Positions 41,901-54,700 of a stretch of 64,000 nucleotides of DNA are shown here, one piece after another. Location: contig CAJINV010000013.1 of assembly GCA_905178155.1 (NCBI GenBank), positions 2,050,281-2,114,280 on the forward strand, given 5' to 3'. Within the stretch, counting starts at the first letter, position 1. Each line of letters begins with the position of its first letter. Source of the DNA: Amoebophrya sp. A120 (lineage: Eukaryota > Protista > Dinoflagellata). A model generated the notes under the pieces. That model was given only the letters and a program-made list of their open reading frames with translations, was not told where the DNA came from and searched no databases. The position numbers and the translations under genes were made by a program.

Positions 41901-44900
41901 ATCGATCATGGGCGACTGGATTGGGCGAATCGAGGCCTTCGGCAGCCCGGCGGGCCGCAGTTTGTAGGTGATCCCCGTTTTCTGGTTCGTGTAGGATCCC
42001 GTGGAGGTCGCGCTCGTGTTGGTCATCGGTGATTGGTTGTTGATGTGGTCAAGCGAGGTTGTACTAGGACTGTTGCCGAACTGGAACTTGTTCGAATGCT
42101 TTTTCGTCCTTCTTGGCTGCGAGGAACGGGCCGCTCCTGCACCATCCGTAGTTGCACCAGCTAGGCCTGTTGATCCATTCTCGCTGTAGGCCATCGCCCC
42201 GTTTGCCCACTCCGACCCTGCGGGCCGGCCGTCCGGCCGCTCCAGTTGGATGCCCGCGCGGGCCCAGGAGGGGACCGCGTGCATTTCCGGTTCGTCCTCC
42301 GTCTGGGATGAAAACGGGTCGTGTTGCGCATCAAGGTTGGTGCGGTCTTGCATTTTCGGTTGTGGTTCTTGCGGGGGAAGAACTACGCTGTCCTCAACTA
42401 CACTCGCGGTTCCTGTGCTAATGTTCCCACCGGGGGCCGCGGGCCCGACGTATTGCCACGACGACCCGGATGAAGATGAACCACTCCCGGCCGCTGCTGC
42501 AGTCGTGCTGGCCGCGTGGTCCAGCACGACTGGGTCTTGCACGACATTGGCGTTCAGAACTGGTGGGAGGGAAAATTCCCGGCGATCTCTCTCGGTGTCA
42601 GCGGAGGATGAAAAGTCGATCCGCCGCCGCCTTCGCGGAACCTCGCCAGCAGAAGTCATATCTTCTGTTGTACTATCGAACAGACCGCCGTGATTGTTGC
42701 TGTTTCTCCTCCAAGAACCTCGGCCTGCTGCTCCAGCGGCCCCTTCTAAATCGTGGAAGTCGACCGATCGGGAGTGCAACGCAGTCGCGTCGTCGTCCCA
42801 AAGCGCCGACTGCAGGTGGCTAGCTGCACCGGGCGAGTTGAAAAACTCGACACTGTTGCCACCGTTTAAACTGTCGAACTCGAAACTCGTATTTTGATTT
42901 TCCTTGTCCTGGGTCGTGGTGGAAAAGTAGCTGCTGGTCGCCCAAAACTTGCTGTTGTTGTAGTTCGCGGCCCCCTTCGGCCGTCGCGACTTGCTCCCGC
43001 GCATCCGGTTCATCTGCTCCTTGTGCTGCTTGGTCAGCCCCAGGTGGTACTCGAAGGTGCGCGCCGTCTGGTGGCTGTTGTTGACGAAATTCGTGCTGTA
43101 TGCCTTGCAAAAGTGTCGCACTCGTACTAGTTTTTGCAATGCCGTATGACAAATCTACTTTCCTACCTGAACCAGCACGTACCTTATCTTCAAAAATTTG
43201 GGAAAATAAATGCCAGTGCAACTCCTACGAGCAGTGCGATACTTTTGCAATGCGTATGCTGGTTAAGGAATTGATCCCCATCATGGAGTTCGCCCGGCTA
43301 CTCATCATTTTCCCTTTCGTCCGAGTACTCACCGGCCCGCGTTGCTTCACCGGTGACCAGGATTGGGTAACCCACGGCTGGTTAAAGTCATCGTGGTCGA
43401 CGGACGCGTCGTTCGCGTTGTTGTGCAGCTGCTCAGCACTGTTCCCAGCTGCCCCGGTCTCCCGAAACCGGTCAGAGTCATCCCGGGTAGTCCAGATTTT
43501 CGACGTGGCTTCCTCCCGATGCAGGTCGTGGTCGAAGATGTCTTTATTATTGTCCTGACTCGTGTAAAACCCGCCGCAGAAGGTCGCGCGCTTGCTCGGA
43601 TTCGCACCGGTGTTCTTGCTATGATTCAACTGGTTGGAGTTCCCGGGCTGCTCCAGCGGATCGACGTAAAAAGAAGTCGGCTTATTGATATCCGGCAGGA
43701 AGTGTAGGCTCGGTGGGGCGATAGTTGTGATCGGCGCCGCGACCTATTGCAAGGAAAAATAAATCCCCCCTCCCCATATCTATAATTGATCAGAACGAAA
43801 TTTACTCTGATGCGCAATTTGCGTACATAGAGCGATCATTTCTTGGTATTGCTAGAAGGCGAACAAGAGACACACCTGCGCGCAACCATTTGCAGGAAGT
43901 TTGCCATGCTATAATTTCGCGCTTGCAGTTGCAGCTTCTTGTCATGCTGAAGCCGCAAGGCTTTCGCTTTCCCGCGCCAGCCAGCAAGACCGTCCGCATC
44001 TCTTTCCTCCTAGCATGCAAACGCGATTTCGGAAGAGCGCAAATGAAATAAGGCCACAGAAATCTCCATTTCAGGTATGGGGAAGAGAAATTTGTGATTT
44101 TCATACGACCGCGACGGGCTTCTGGCTTGCTGCCTGGTGGAATGGATCGCGATGATCATAATGTGGATCAACGTCCTCTTTGTTGCTACTAAATGCCTGA
44201 CTGGTCGTGGCATTTGCCTGGCTGGTGTTGACCCACGAACCACTGCCCTCGTTCCACGTATTCCGGTACGAGTTTTTGTTTTGGATTTTGTGCGCAATGC
44301 TGGAAAATTTCTCCTCGCGATGAGTGGGCGATATCCACCTGCACAACTCCTCTCGTCCCTTTCCTCATTTCTTGAACAGCATGAGCAACAACCGCAACAC
44401 AGTAGCAATGGCACAAATCGGTTGATTGAGCTTAAAAGGGTAGGTACTACTGCTTTAGGTTCCAGAATATCTTCCCTTCTGCAGACAGTGCTCAGTAGAG
44501 GCAGGATGTTATTCCGGATTTCGATAATTTGGCAGATATTGCATCAAAAATGAAGGGGAAGGGGAGTTGTGCAATCTCATAGTCGACGACGTTGACGTCG
44601 AATACTGTTGGTACTGCTGCTCGACGGGGGCCATGCGGAACATGTCGTCCGTAATACTCTGCTTTTTCTTACCTGAGTGACAGAGTGAAAACAATTGATA
44701 CTATTTGCGGCCGTAACATCTACATCATTCTTTCCCATAGCAATCTTTGTTCGTTCTCTTGTTTCAGTAGAAACAAGAAATTACATCAATCTGGCTGTAG
44801 AACTACTCCATCTACGCATGGCATACTTGATTTCAATCAAAGTTCTTTATTGAAAAGCCCAAACAGAATACGTCTTATCTGTCCGAGGTCCCGAATCTTT

Positions 44901-45987
44901 TCGTCAATCCGCCTCCGCCGTAGCGACATCTCCCGTCTTTGCAGCGCAAACCGCTTTTGCGTGGTGGCCAGGGTTTTCTGTTCGGGTGACCGAAAAAAGG
45001 ACTGGTCTGTGTTGGAGAAATCCTGGTCCGGGTTGGGAAAATTGAAAAACTCGCTGTCCTTCAGGTCGGCAAAGTCCACGGAGAAATCATCCAGGTTCTG
45101 GGACCTTTCGTTCGAAAACTTGGACTATCAAATGTAAAAGTGTCTGGGTCTGGAAACTTGTGATGCTGAGTGGCGTAGCATGAGGAGGCCTCAAGTGCTG
45201 GCTCAGCATGACAAATTTCTGAGCTTGTAGATGTTGCCTATTCTGCATGACAAATTGCGTCTCCGCATGACAGAAAAATGCTGCTCTTGCGCAACGTGCA
45301 TGACAGATTTAAGAGTCATGCCAGACAAGCATGACAAACATGCATTCTTCCAGACCCAGACATTTTTACATTTGATATGGACCAGTGCGAGCTCTGCGTC
45401 GTCGACAACATCTGGTGATTGTGCTCGTAGTTACTGTTTCTCGTTCCCGTGCGTGACCAGTTTGAGTTGTTGGCCGTGCCGTTGCGCGTACCGCTGGTGC
45501 CAATCCGACTGTTGTTGCCCGTGCTGTTGGCTCCGTGATTTGATGTTGTAGCTCCACCTCGACCGCCTCTAGTGTGCATAGCTCCACCTCCACCGCTGAA
45601 GTCGAAGCCCGGCGCCGGCCACTCTTCCCCGGTTCCAGTCTCGTCCAAGTCTCTGCTGTCGAAAAGCATTGCTTGGTCGAAGTCATCCAGCTCTTCGTCT
45701 TGAGTCTGCGAGTAGCTCATCATTTGCGATCGCGAATTCGGGTCGTGTTCGTCGAGAAAGGGGCGCGTTTGCTTGTTCAGCGAGTCGCTGTTCCCGTTGT
45801 AGGTTTCCAGCTTCGCCGCCCGCCCGGTGGTTTTGTGGTTTTTCGACCGCTTCTTCTTCCCCGCCTTGAAGCCGGGCACGTCCGGCAAAATCAGGGGCGG
45901 GGGGTTGTAATAATCAGACGACATGCTGCTGTAGTTGTGCTGCGGTTCCACTTGGTCCGCCGCAACGGCCGTCGACCCAGAGGACAT
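35972..45987 (-). CDS. Very large low-complexity (Ser/Gly/Asn-rich) protein, multi-exon; linkage at 44.3-44.8 kb unresolved
   Basis: In-frame joins after element plus TSD removal: HWS|KFSNE (45126), KPVAV|AAPI (43745), LTS|TNF (43099), YNET|NTNTQH (39936), AREA|SVERR (37083); includes the 874-aa and 441-aa ORFs. Confidence 0.75.
37083..37344. mobile_element. Introner element, family A
   Basis: TIR tatcaaatgtaaaagtgtctgggtctggaagaatgc / gcattcttccagacccagacatttttgcatttgata; TSD cgctt. Confidence 0.96.
39992..41597. mobile_element. Nested non-autonomous element with 21-bp TIRs, GC-rich hairpins and internal satellite
   Basis: Perfect TIR tggtaaccaaatgcgtgcgcg at 39992-40012 and 41577-41597; hairpins at ~40053-40079, 40203-40314 and ~41523-41573; no clear TSD. 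Confidence 0.88.
40694..41115. repeat. 109-bp tandem repeat, about 4 copies
   Basis: aagcctgcggagggattgcgc at 40723, 40832, 40941, 41050. Confidence 0.97.
43099..43256. mobile_element. Introner element, family C
   Basis: TIR tatgccttgcaaaagtgtcgcact / agtgcgatacttttgcaatgcgta; TSD tgctg; 163-nt removal restores the frame. Confidence 0.94.
43745..44105. mobile_element. Introner element, family B, with GT-AG ends possible
   Basis: TIR tattgcaaggaaaaataaatcccccctccccatatc / ggtatggggaagagaaatttgtgattttcata; TSD cgacc (GGTCG on the sense strand). Confidence 0.9.
45126..45377. mobile_element. Introner element, family A TIRs with a different interior
   Basis: TIR tatcaaatgtaaaagtgtctgggtctggaa / ttccagacccagacatttttacatttgata; TSD tggac. 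Confidence 0.95.
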
Positions 45988-47693
45988 GGCAATGGGAATG
46001 GCTGAAGATGAGAGAACTACTTTTTAATATTTCTTCTCTCCGATTCTTGCGGTTGTTCCGTTCCTGTTTTTTCAGCTCAGGGCAGCACCAAGACCTTTTC
46101 CCTGCGGTCCTTGAGTAGTATGTTGCACTGGGCCAGTTGATTCACCGTCCTCTTTCTTGTCCTGGTCCTCCTCCTCGACCGTCCTTTACAACCAAGATGC
46201 AGCTGCACAACTTTTCTTTCCTGGCGAGCAAAAGATGTTCGGCAGACGTGGAAGAACAAGAACAAGTGGTTAGACTCCAAAAAATAACGAATTATTTGCG
46301 GGAACAAGAATCGCAACTAGGCGAAGTTGACCGCTTGCGTTTCCAGATTCAGGCAGAGAGTGGCAAATTTGTACAGAAGTTGCAGATCGTCGTGCACCAG
46401 AGCAATATCGTTGCGCCGGTTGTCAATATTTCGGGGATTCAAGATCACGTATATCCTGAGTAAAACCGTCCCAACCCCAGCAGACCCGTCGTGCAAATTT
46501 CAATGCTCAGGTTCAGGATGCTTCTCAAGTGACACCCCACATGAGAAGCATTTTGTAGCTGTATTCCGTTTCCGAAAGAGTCTGCCATGCTCGACGAATT
46601 AGGCCGCTGAGCAAGTGGCTTCCTTATGAGCCCAAGCTCGCCTGTCACGACGAAGCTGCCTGGGTGGTCATGCGTACTCACTACCTTTAAGGCTACTTGC
46701 GGATTGGTCTAAATAACAGAGTTGCAAAATCAATGCCGATCTTGTACTATCTGTGGGGTCCTCAACCACGCGGGGGGATGATTTCTAAGGAGGATATTAT
46801 GCTGACCGTCTTCATGCTCATCGTGCTCGTCCGCGGTCAAAGGTGCAGCTTGTGCCTGCAGTGCATCTTCTAGCAGAAGCAGCCCAGGTCCTCGCGGTCC
46901 ATGACTTGAGTTCATACAATACGCGTGGCAAAAATACAATGCCACGGTGATTTCAAACAGGACACAATAAAAGGAAAGGGCGTACAGGTCCATGCTTATA
47001 ATTTTCAATATCAGCCAGTGGCGTATTTATTGCGCGACGATCATGCTTTGCTCATGCATCTTCTTGACCACACACTACGCATATTTCATCGATTTCGAAT
47101 GCGAAGCCGTAGACGGAAACTCACGTGTTTTTCGCTCTGATTCCGTCGCAATCACCGTCCGCCACGTGGACTAGAGCGTACTTAGTTACAGAGCTGCTCT
47201 TCAGTCAAGCGGTCCAGCTGCTCTCAAGGAGATTTGGAGAAACCGAATCAGATAGTTAGAGACTCTCCAACTGAACGAGTACTATTATTTTCGATGCTAA
47301 GACTGAATATGTACTTTGCAGCGCTCTGTTTCGAAAATAGCAATAGGTACCCGCTCTCGAAAACATCACTGCAAGGAGACGCAGAGGCATGCAACGATGA
47401 ACTGCTGCGGCCTACTACTAGAGCGAGAGTGAGTCCTTGTATGTTCTTGTTGCGCTTTACCTTGGTGCCACACGACGAGGATACAAAAGAAACGCGACTA
47501 CGAATCCCCATCCTGTCCATCGAGAAACTAAACTTAATGCGCAGTGTCGTAGCTGGGTTTGCACCACTTGCGTCCTCGACGAGAATTTTCGACTTCTACG
47601 CACACCACTCAATACACACGCTCACACGCTACCTGTACAATAGCAATACACACGGTCACACACAGCAATAAGTAGTTTGGAGGCGGGGAGTTT

Positions 47694-47767
47694 CTGGTAT
47701 TGTTAGGCACTGTCTTGAGACCGGTTCAACGCGTCGTCCCCTCCTGCGGCGGGACCAGGGGCTTTGG
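47694..47767. repeat. 74-bp dispersed copy of 51727-51800
   Basis: ctggtattg(t/g)taggcactgtcttgagaccggttcaacgcgtc(g/c)tcccctcctgcggcgggaccaggggctttgg; 2 mismatches. Confidence 0.95.
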
Positions 47768-48786
47768 CGCGTACTATCAAGCGAAAACTTCTTTTCTTTT
47801 GTGCTGCAGTTCCCATACTTAGCGAACAACGTCTCAAGAGGCGAACACGGATCCTGAAGGTGCCTGGGCCTCCCTAAATGGGGGAGGGGTCGACTTAGAG
47901 TGCTCCGGCGGGCACTGTTACTATGCTCCTGATAGCAGCAGCGATGCGTCTTCGCTACTAGCGTCGTGTTGATTCATTGTATATTTATACCACGGTCTTT
48001 CGATGGCTGTGACAGGCTACAAGCGAGCCTGATGCCACTTTCATCGTGCATCCTGCTCTCTAGCGGATGCTGCTGCCTGTGCTTGCAGGAACAGTGTACT
48101 TTTACCAAACCGAACTACTATCTCATTAGCAGCTTTGTTGGTCTCCGACAAAAACGCAGCGGATGAATGTATTCTGTTCGGAGCTGTCGCCTTAAAATGT
48201 CCTTAGCAAAAAGCGCACTTAGAACTCTTCCATGAATTACGGAGGGCGGAGTGCATCACTTGGTCACCTCCGAGCATGTAAGTATTTCCAAGTCCGTGCC
48301 TTCTTTGGTATGATCGAGGTTGCATAGTATTCACCCCGAGCTGGCGGCTGTTCATCATTCATCAAGCTGCACTCCTGTCTCCTCTTGAGCAGGAGAGTTC
48401 TCCGTAGGAGATAATTGCTGCCCACACACAACGATGGACGGTGGAGTACAACTACATCTTTTGGCCGCGTTCGCCGTGATAAAAAAGTACTATATTGCTC
48501 CAAGCAAGATCACTTCACGTAAGACGCCAGCTCGCGCCCTAGTTGGAGTAGTTGGAGTTGTGTCTTTAAAACATCATACACATGCGCTGCGCCTGCGCAT
48601 CACCAACATCGTAGGTGCACAATGATTATTATACACCATCATACATTGTGTCCTTCTCGTCACTCTAGGGCACTTGGATTCTATCTGGGATTCTATCTTG
48701 GATGCTGTCTTGGATTCTATCTTAGCGCGCTCGCGCATTTTGAGCGCATTGCGGGCAATCACGCGATCGCGTACATGCAGCATCAA

Positions 48787-49341
48787 TTAAATGCTCCGCT
48801 GTGAGTCTGGTCTTGCATCAGAACTGCTGCGCTGACCAGTTGTCTGTCCCTCCTTGCGGGCACGCTGTTCATGTCTTCGCCGACGCTGTTCATTTCTTCG
48901 GGCACTTCGCAAAAACAGATTTTTCGCAGAAATCATTTGCCGCGGTCGGTCGGCCGGGTGCTCTCGCATTCCGGTCACGCCGGTCGCATCGGGCTTGTCT
49001 TCTGACCGCGGCGGCGCGCCCGCAGTGAGCGGGAGGCGCACCCGCGAAGTCTTGTTCTTCACAGAATCTATCTGCATCACCTCCGTTAGACCAAAAGTAA
49101 CTCGCCTTTGTTGTCTTGGCACGTTGGTGTTTCTTTCTAGGTCTTCAGCAGAAGTGGCAGAATGGTTAGAATCAATAGAGGGTCCGGTCGGCGCAGCCAC
49201 ACTCGAGGAACCCGAAGCCGCCGGATCCATATTCACACGCAGCCCGAATACATTGAGCACTTCTCCTTGCAGAGACAAAGCCTGCAACATAAGCAGAACC
49301 AGGCGAGCGCGGACCATTTTGTAAATGAAAGTGAAGGACAA
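48787..49341 (-). CDS. Hypothetical secreted protein (may continue in downstream exons)
   Basis: Signal-peptide-like MVRARLVLLMLQALSLQGEVLNVFG; includes RRVTF, an RVxF-like motif; basic C-terminus. Confidence 0.55.
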   Translation of the reverse strand: MSFTFIYKMVRARLVLLMLQALSLQGEVLNVFGLRVNMDPAASGSSSVAAPTGPSIDSNHSATSAEDLERNTNVPRQQRRVTFGLTEVMQIDSVKNKTSRVRLPLTAGAPPRSEDKPDATGVTGMREHPADRPRQMISAKNLFLRSARRNEQRRRRHEQRARKEGQTTGQRSSSDARPDSQRSI

Positions 49342-51717
49342 GTGTTATTTGGAGTAGAACTGAACTTGCACTGCGCTGTTGGAGTCAAATCGTGCTGACG
49401 GATTGACGTACTTAATCCAGCGATCTGGCGTTTCTGTGTTGCAAAGCGAGAAAAAAAAGTCGTGGAGGTGAAAGTTTTCAATTTACTTAAATACTGTCGT
49501 AATGATATAGAACTTATGTGGTCGAAATCTGTTGCGATAATACGCGTTGTAGTTGTAGAAGTTTTTGTACTGAGATGATAGAAGGCTGATGTTTTTTGAG
49601 AGCAGTTTTTTTCGCTTTAATCACGGGAATAGAATGAAAGGAGTTGGGGGGTTTTCTGCTTGATAGACCGGAAAATTTTTCGCCCGGATCCTTCGACTTC
49701 CAAACTTTTTCCATGATCCTCCGCAACACATTTTGGAACCGACAGCACTAATACAAAAACCGATCTCGGATGACCAACCGAACTGGATCGCTTTGAGGAG
49801 AGTCGTGAGAGGTGCTTTATTCCGCAACTACATTAGCTACACGTTACTCGCTTGACATCTACATCTTCAATAGGCGCAGCTGGTGTCTTCGATCGACCTT
49901 CAAGCACACAGGATTCCGTGGTCTTTCCGTATCAATTGATTGACAAATTGTCTCTCACACAGTTGTGCTCTCGTCTTATGATCGATTCAGAATGAATTCG
50001 AATAGATTTTGCTCGCATCATCTTCCACGAGAGATGAAAACCGATCTCCAGGACCGACCTGCGTGTGATCCGCCTGACAGGCCGCTTCTCACTATTCATT
50101 TATTTTGGCAACCCCTACACACACCACTCCGAGGCTGAACGAAACTTGCCGTGTTGAACTCAATGAAGATTTTTTTTGCTTACACAGGACGCAGAAACAA
50201 ATTCCAGACTGGATGTGGAGAATTCCGAAAATTCCAATAAGTACTACTGTGCGTGGTGAAAAATGACACTGTTCATCGAATTTTGACAAATTGACCAGCG
50301 ACGTCCGAGGACATTTGCTCTTTGCACGGAAATTGCGAAAAAATAAGCGTCTTCCGTTGCAGGCGCGCTAGGCTACGGCTTACCGCGGCTGACCGCCACC
50401 CCGACCGTTGCTTCTGTTGCTGCGCCGGCCCTTCAAATGAGGGGGGACGTTGTGCATTCTAATACACTCGCAGTCGACTACATAGCTGCAACCAGAGGTG
50501 GACACGCACAATTTCTTGCCGATGGCGCCACCAAGCAATTCCAATTGTTGATGCCGACGAGATCCTCTGTGCTATAATAACTAATTCAGGGCTGGTCTCA
50601 GGAGTCGGAGGACACAGGGGGGTGTTCTTGTATCCCGCTCCAGCAATTCCTCGCGCAGAGCGACATCAAGATCAACCCGAAGCCTCTCTGCCGCATAATC
50701 GAAAAAACCGAATGAATGAATTCTGACTAGTACTTGTCACATTCCAAGGTGGAATGTAGTGATCCAGCACGACTTACCTACAATCTTAATCGAAAAGCAA
50801 GAGCAACTAGCTGTCGACTTACTTCATGGATGAAGCGTCGATCGCGACAAAGGTTCATTTTTCTAGCGTTCTATGAAAATAATCTGAAAAATGCGGTACT
50901 TATGTTATTTATCAATGGACGGGCAGCACGACATCGTGGCCGTGCCGGCGAAAATCGTCCGTAAGAGTCATAAGTCGTGACAGTGAATGCCATTGCTATA
51001 CAAATAAATACACCCACTTTTGATTCAAAAAGTACTAAGGTCAGCAAAGTAGTAGTGATTGACCGGAAGATGAGGCGGCTGTCTTCTACTAAGTATGCGA
51101 CAGTCACAAGTAGAGACCAGAAGATTTTTGCTACTGGCGTGGTCGTCCACACCAAAACAAAGTGAATGATGTGAAAAGCCTTTCACTCGTCGCACTTGCT
51201 TAGAGGTTGGGTTTTTCGTTTTCCCCAACACGCTCCGCCACGATGGCGACGGCCGCCGCGACGGCGACAGCCACGCGCTCTCCGCGTCGGCCGTAAAATG
51301 GTAAAAATCACTGTGCCTCGTAATATTGATTTAGGTATTTTCTGCCCCTTCCACAGATGTGAATGTGAAAAGAAAAACTCTATCAATCTTCCTGTGAGTA
51401 TGCGATCCAGCACTTAGCAGCAACAGAATTCATGATGTCCAAAACTGAATACACGAAGATCTGCTCAGCACAGGAGAGCCACTTCGTTCTACCTAGCAAC
51501 CACATAGTCGCACGTACAACTACTTCTAGCAAAGTGTAGCTATTAACCTTGAAGACCATGTGCAGAAAACGTACTCTCTTGTCCTCGAGCACACATAAAA
51601 TAGGCAGTCGGTAGGTGATGAAGATTCTGATTCACGACGTCGACGTTCACACACACGCCAATATTAAGTAGTTTCGTTTTATTCCTTTCTGTCGATGGAA
51701 TTGGAGGCGGGCACCTT

Positions 51718-54700
51718 CTACTGAAACTGGTATTGGTAGGCACTGTCTTGAGACCGGTTCAACGCGTCCTCCCCTCCTGCGGCGGGACCAGGGGCTTTGG
51801 GTCGGCGACTGCGCGGTGCAGAGCTGCTGATGGGTGCAGTGTCCAGCGATGCTTGAGTCAGTGGGATTCCAACGGACGCATTCATCTCCCGCTCCAGCGC
51901 TTTCTTTTTCTCCCTCCGCTCCGTCTCGTCCTTCCGCTTTTGCTTAATTTCTTCCTCTTCCCTCTGCATTCGCTCCTCTAACTCGATCCGTTCTTTCTCC
52001 TGCTTCTCCCGCAGTTGCCTCTGGATTCGGTCCTTTTCCTGGCGGTACTTTTGAAGCTGTCGCCCCTGTTCTTTCAAATACCGTCCTTCTTCCTTTTCCT
52101 CCTCGAGTGTCAGCACCGTGACTATCCAACGTAGAATATCCGCATACAACATGGGCTTGAGGACCTTGTGGGATTGCTGGACATGCGGTTGATCGAGGTA
52201 GTCCATGTACTCTCGCCTTGCTTGTAGCAGCTGCCGGACGAGGCCGTAGTCGCTCTCGCTCTGCGGGGCTTCCCAGAGCCGAGCCTCTGTCCATTTCCTC
52301 GCTAACACACTCTTCCAGTGCGTACAGCTCTGGTGCGAGAGTATGGCACTACCGTCCGCAGAAAAATTTTCATTCATCCAGAAATCGAACAACTTGAGCT
52401 GGGCGTTCACAGGAAGGTTGCGGTCGACGGTGAAATTTTCGCCGGTCATCGTGGTCAGCCCCGACATTTGTGAATCAACATCGCCGTCATCCGAGTCCGA
52501 CCCTGCATCCGATTCCTCCTCCACCATCAGCTGCTCCTCCTCCTCGTCGCCCTTCTCATTCTGATTCCACTCCACAGAATTCGCGATGTTGTGGTACAGC
52601 TGGGTAATGATGGGCCCCGTTCCTTCGACTACCCCACAGGGGAAGCGTTGCTCGTCTGCAGCTTGTGTGTAAAAAAAGTAGGGGTTCCGGTTTTTGAAAT
52701 CGAAATTCAACCGGTTGCCCTCTTCGTACTCGACCGCAAACTGCCCTAGGTTTCTTCGCTCCCCCGTGCTGCGCTTCACACCAATCGGATTCTCCTGCGG
52801 CATGTACTTGGACTCGTGGTTTTTGCTGCGTTTATTGGGCCTGTAGTTGTTCTCGTTGTTGGCGCACGTAGAAGTCCTCTCGTCCTGCTCGGGGTTGTCG
52901 GACAAACTGCTGCACAGTTGATCTCCCTCGTCGCGGCCCTGCTCATTTTTAATGACCAGGGAGGACCGATTTTTGTCGTCGCGCCAGGCTGAATGATCAT
53001 TATCTTCTTGGTTTTTGTCCCAGGAAACCCATTTATCTTCGTCGTAGTCCTTGTTCCAATCTGATGACTTTGAAGATGACGACCAGGAATTGTTGTAGTT
53101 GTTTCCGCCTTTCTTCTTGCTACTCTCCCATTTGTTGGACGACCAGGAGCCGTGGCCGTTGCCCCACTTATTGCTGTTACCGCCCTCGCCCCAGGTCGTG
53201 GTGGAACTGGAAGACGAGGATTTCATATTTGTTCCCGAGTTGGTGTAGTCATGGTTGCTGTTTTTCGTCCACGATCCTGTGCCCCAGTTCTTGTCGTTGT
53301 GGTCCTCTTTTTCAACATCTCTGTGGTCGTCCGCACTCCACGATCCTGTCCCGGCGCCCCAAGGGGATTTCTTATTTTTGTTCGTTCCCCAAGAAGAAGA
53401 CGCCTTGTTGTCCTTCTTTTTCCAATCTGGCTGCTGCTCGTCCCTGTCCCACTTGCTCGAGTCATACGACTTGTTGCTGGAGTTCTTATTCCAGGACGAA
53501 TTGCGACTGTAGTCTTCGTTGAATTTTTCGCCGCTCGCGGAGCAGTTGTCCTGCGCCTCGTGGTCCTCTTTCTCGACGACAAACTCTTCCTCCTCCTCCT
53601 CCTGCGTTGGCAGCAGCACGCCGGGTTTAATATTTTTGGCCCTAGAAGTTGTTGTAGTCGTTGTCGTGGCGGTTATCATTTTGCTAGAAGAACAAGAAGT
53701 ACTACCCGTCTTAGAAGCAGCTGCTGGTGCTGCTGTTGCAGTGGTGCCATGATTTGTTCTATCGGCGCAGGAGCCCCCGGCACCAGCGACCGAATTGGCT
53801 TTCGCTTTCCCCTCAGCGCCGATCGGGTTCTCCATATTGTCGCTGACGCACGAGGCCCGAGGACTAGGAACCATTTTTCTTTTGCGTTGCTGCTCATCAA
53901 CATCCGGTGAGAAGGATCTTCGTGTGCTGTGGACGATCACCGTGGCTGGCGTTGGCGGATCCTCGTCCACCTCGCTGTTCGGGCCGCGCTGCGGAGTAGA
54001 TGAAGAAGGACCAGACGTGGGCGATTTTTTATTTCTAGTTTCTTGGTGCCCGACGTCCTCTGCAGCTGTACCTATTTTCTTCTTCGTCTTTTTCTCTGGT
54101 TGTAGCTTCGCGGAGATCCCGCCCATGGCGCTCATCCAGTCGTCATCCAGGTCCGCCTATGCGATACAAATATGTCGTCCGAGTCTGGAAACTTGTGATG
54201 CTGGTTGGAGAAAGACGAGCACGCCTCAACAATTTTTGGCTGTCAAGTGCATGACACGTTAACGTTTTGGAGATTGATACTGTAGCGTTGCATGACAGAA
54301 CAAAAGGTCTTGGGTACTAGTAACTTGCTCATGCTAGCAGAGCATGACAAACCCTGCACCTTTCCAGAGGACCCAGAGGACATACTTATTTGCAGTGCGT
54401 ACCGCCACGCCACTGAACAGAGAGTTCTTCCCCTTGGTCTGCAGCAGCGAACTTTGTCAAGCAAAAAAGTGTTAACGTTAACGGTTTTGGGGCATTGCAC
54501 TCACGCATGACAGATTTTCGCTATCATGCATGCTAGGAAATACAAATTTGGGCATCAGTTCTCGTGCATGCCTGGATACTAAATTCCGTTAACGTTTAAC
54601 ACTTTGTCGTGTGATAAACTTTGCCATTCCTTCATGGAGAGCTTCCCGTTGGAATTCCCCGCCCGGTCCAACAGTTGCATCATCGTGTTCATTAGATCCG

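Noticed and set aside
46077-47671. Possible transposase or plus-strand gene remnants
   Set aside because: Short ORFs with stops and no recognisable DDE, reverse transcriptase or recombinase motif; cannot be supported.
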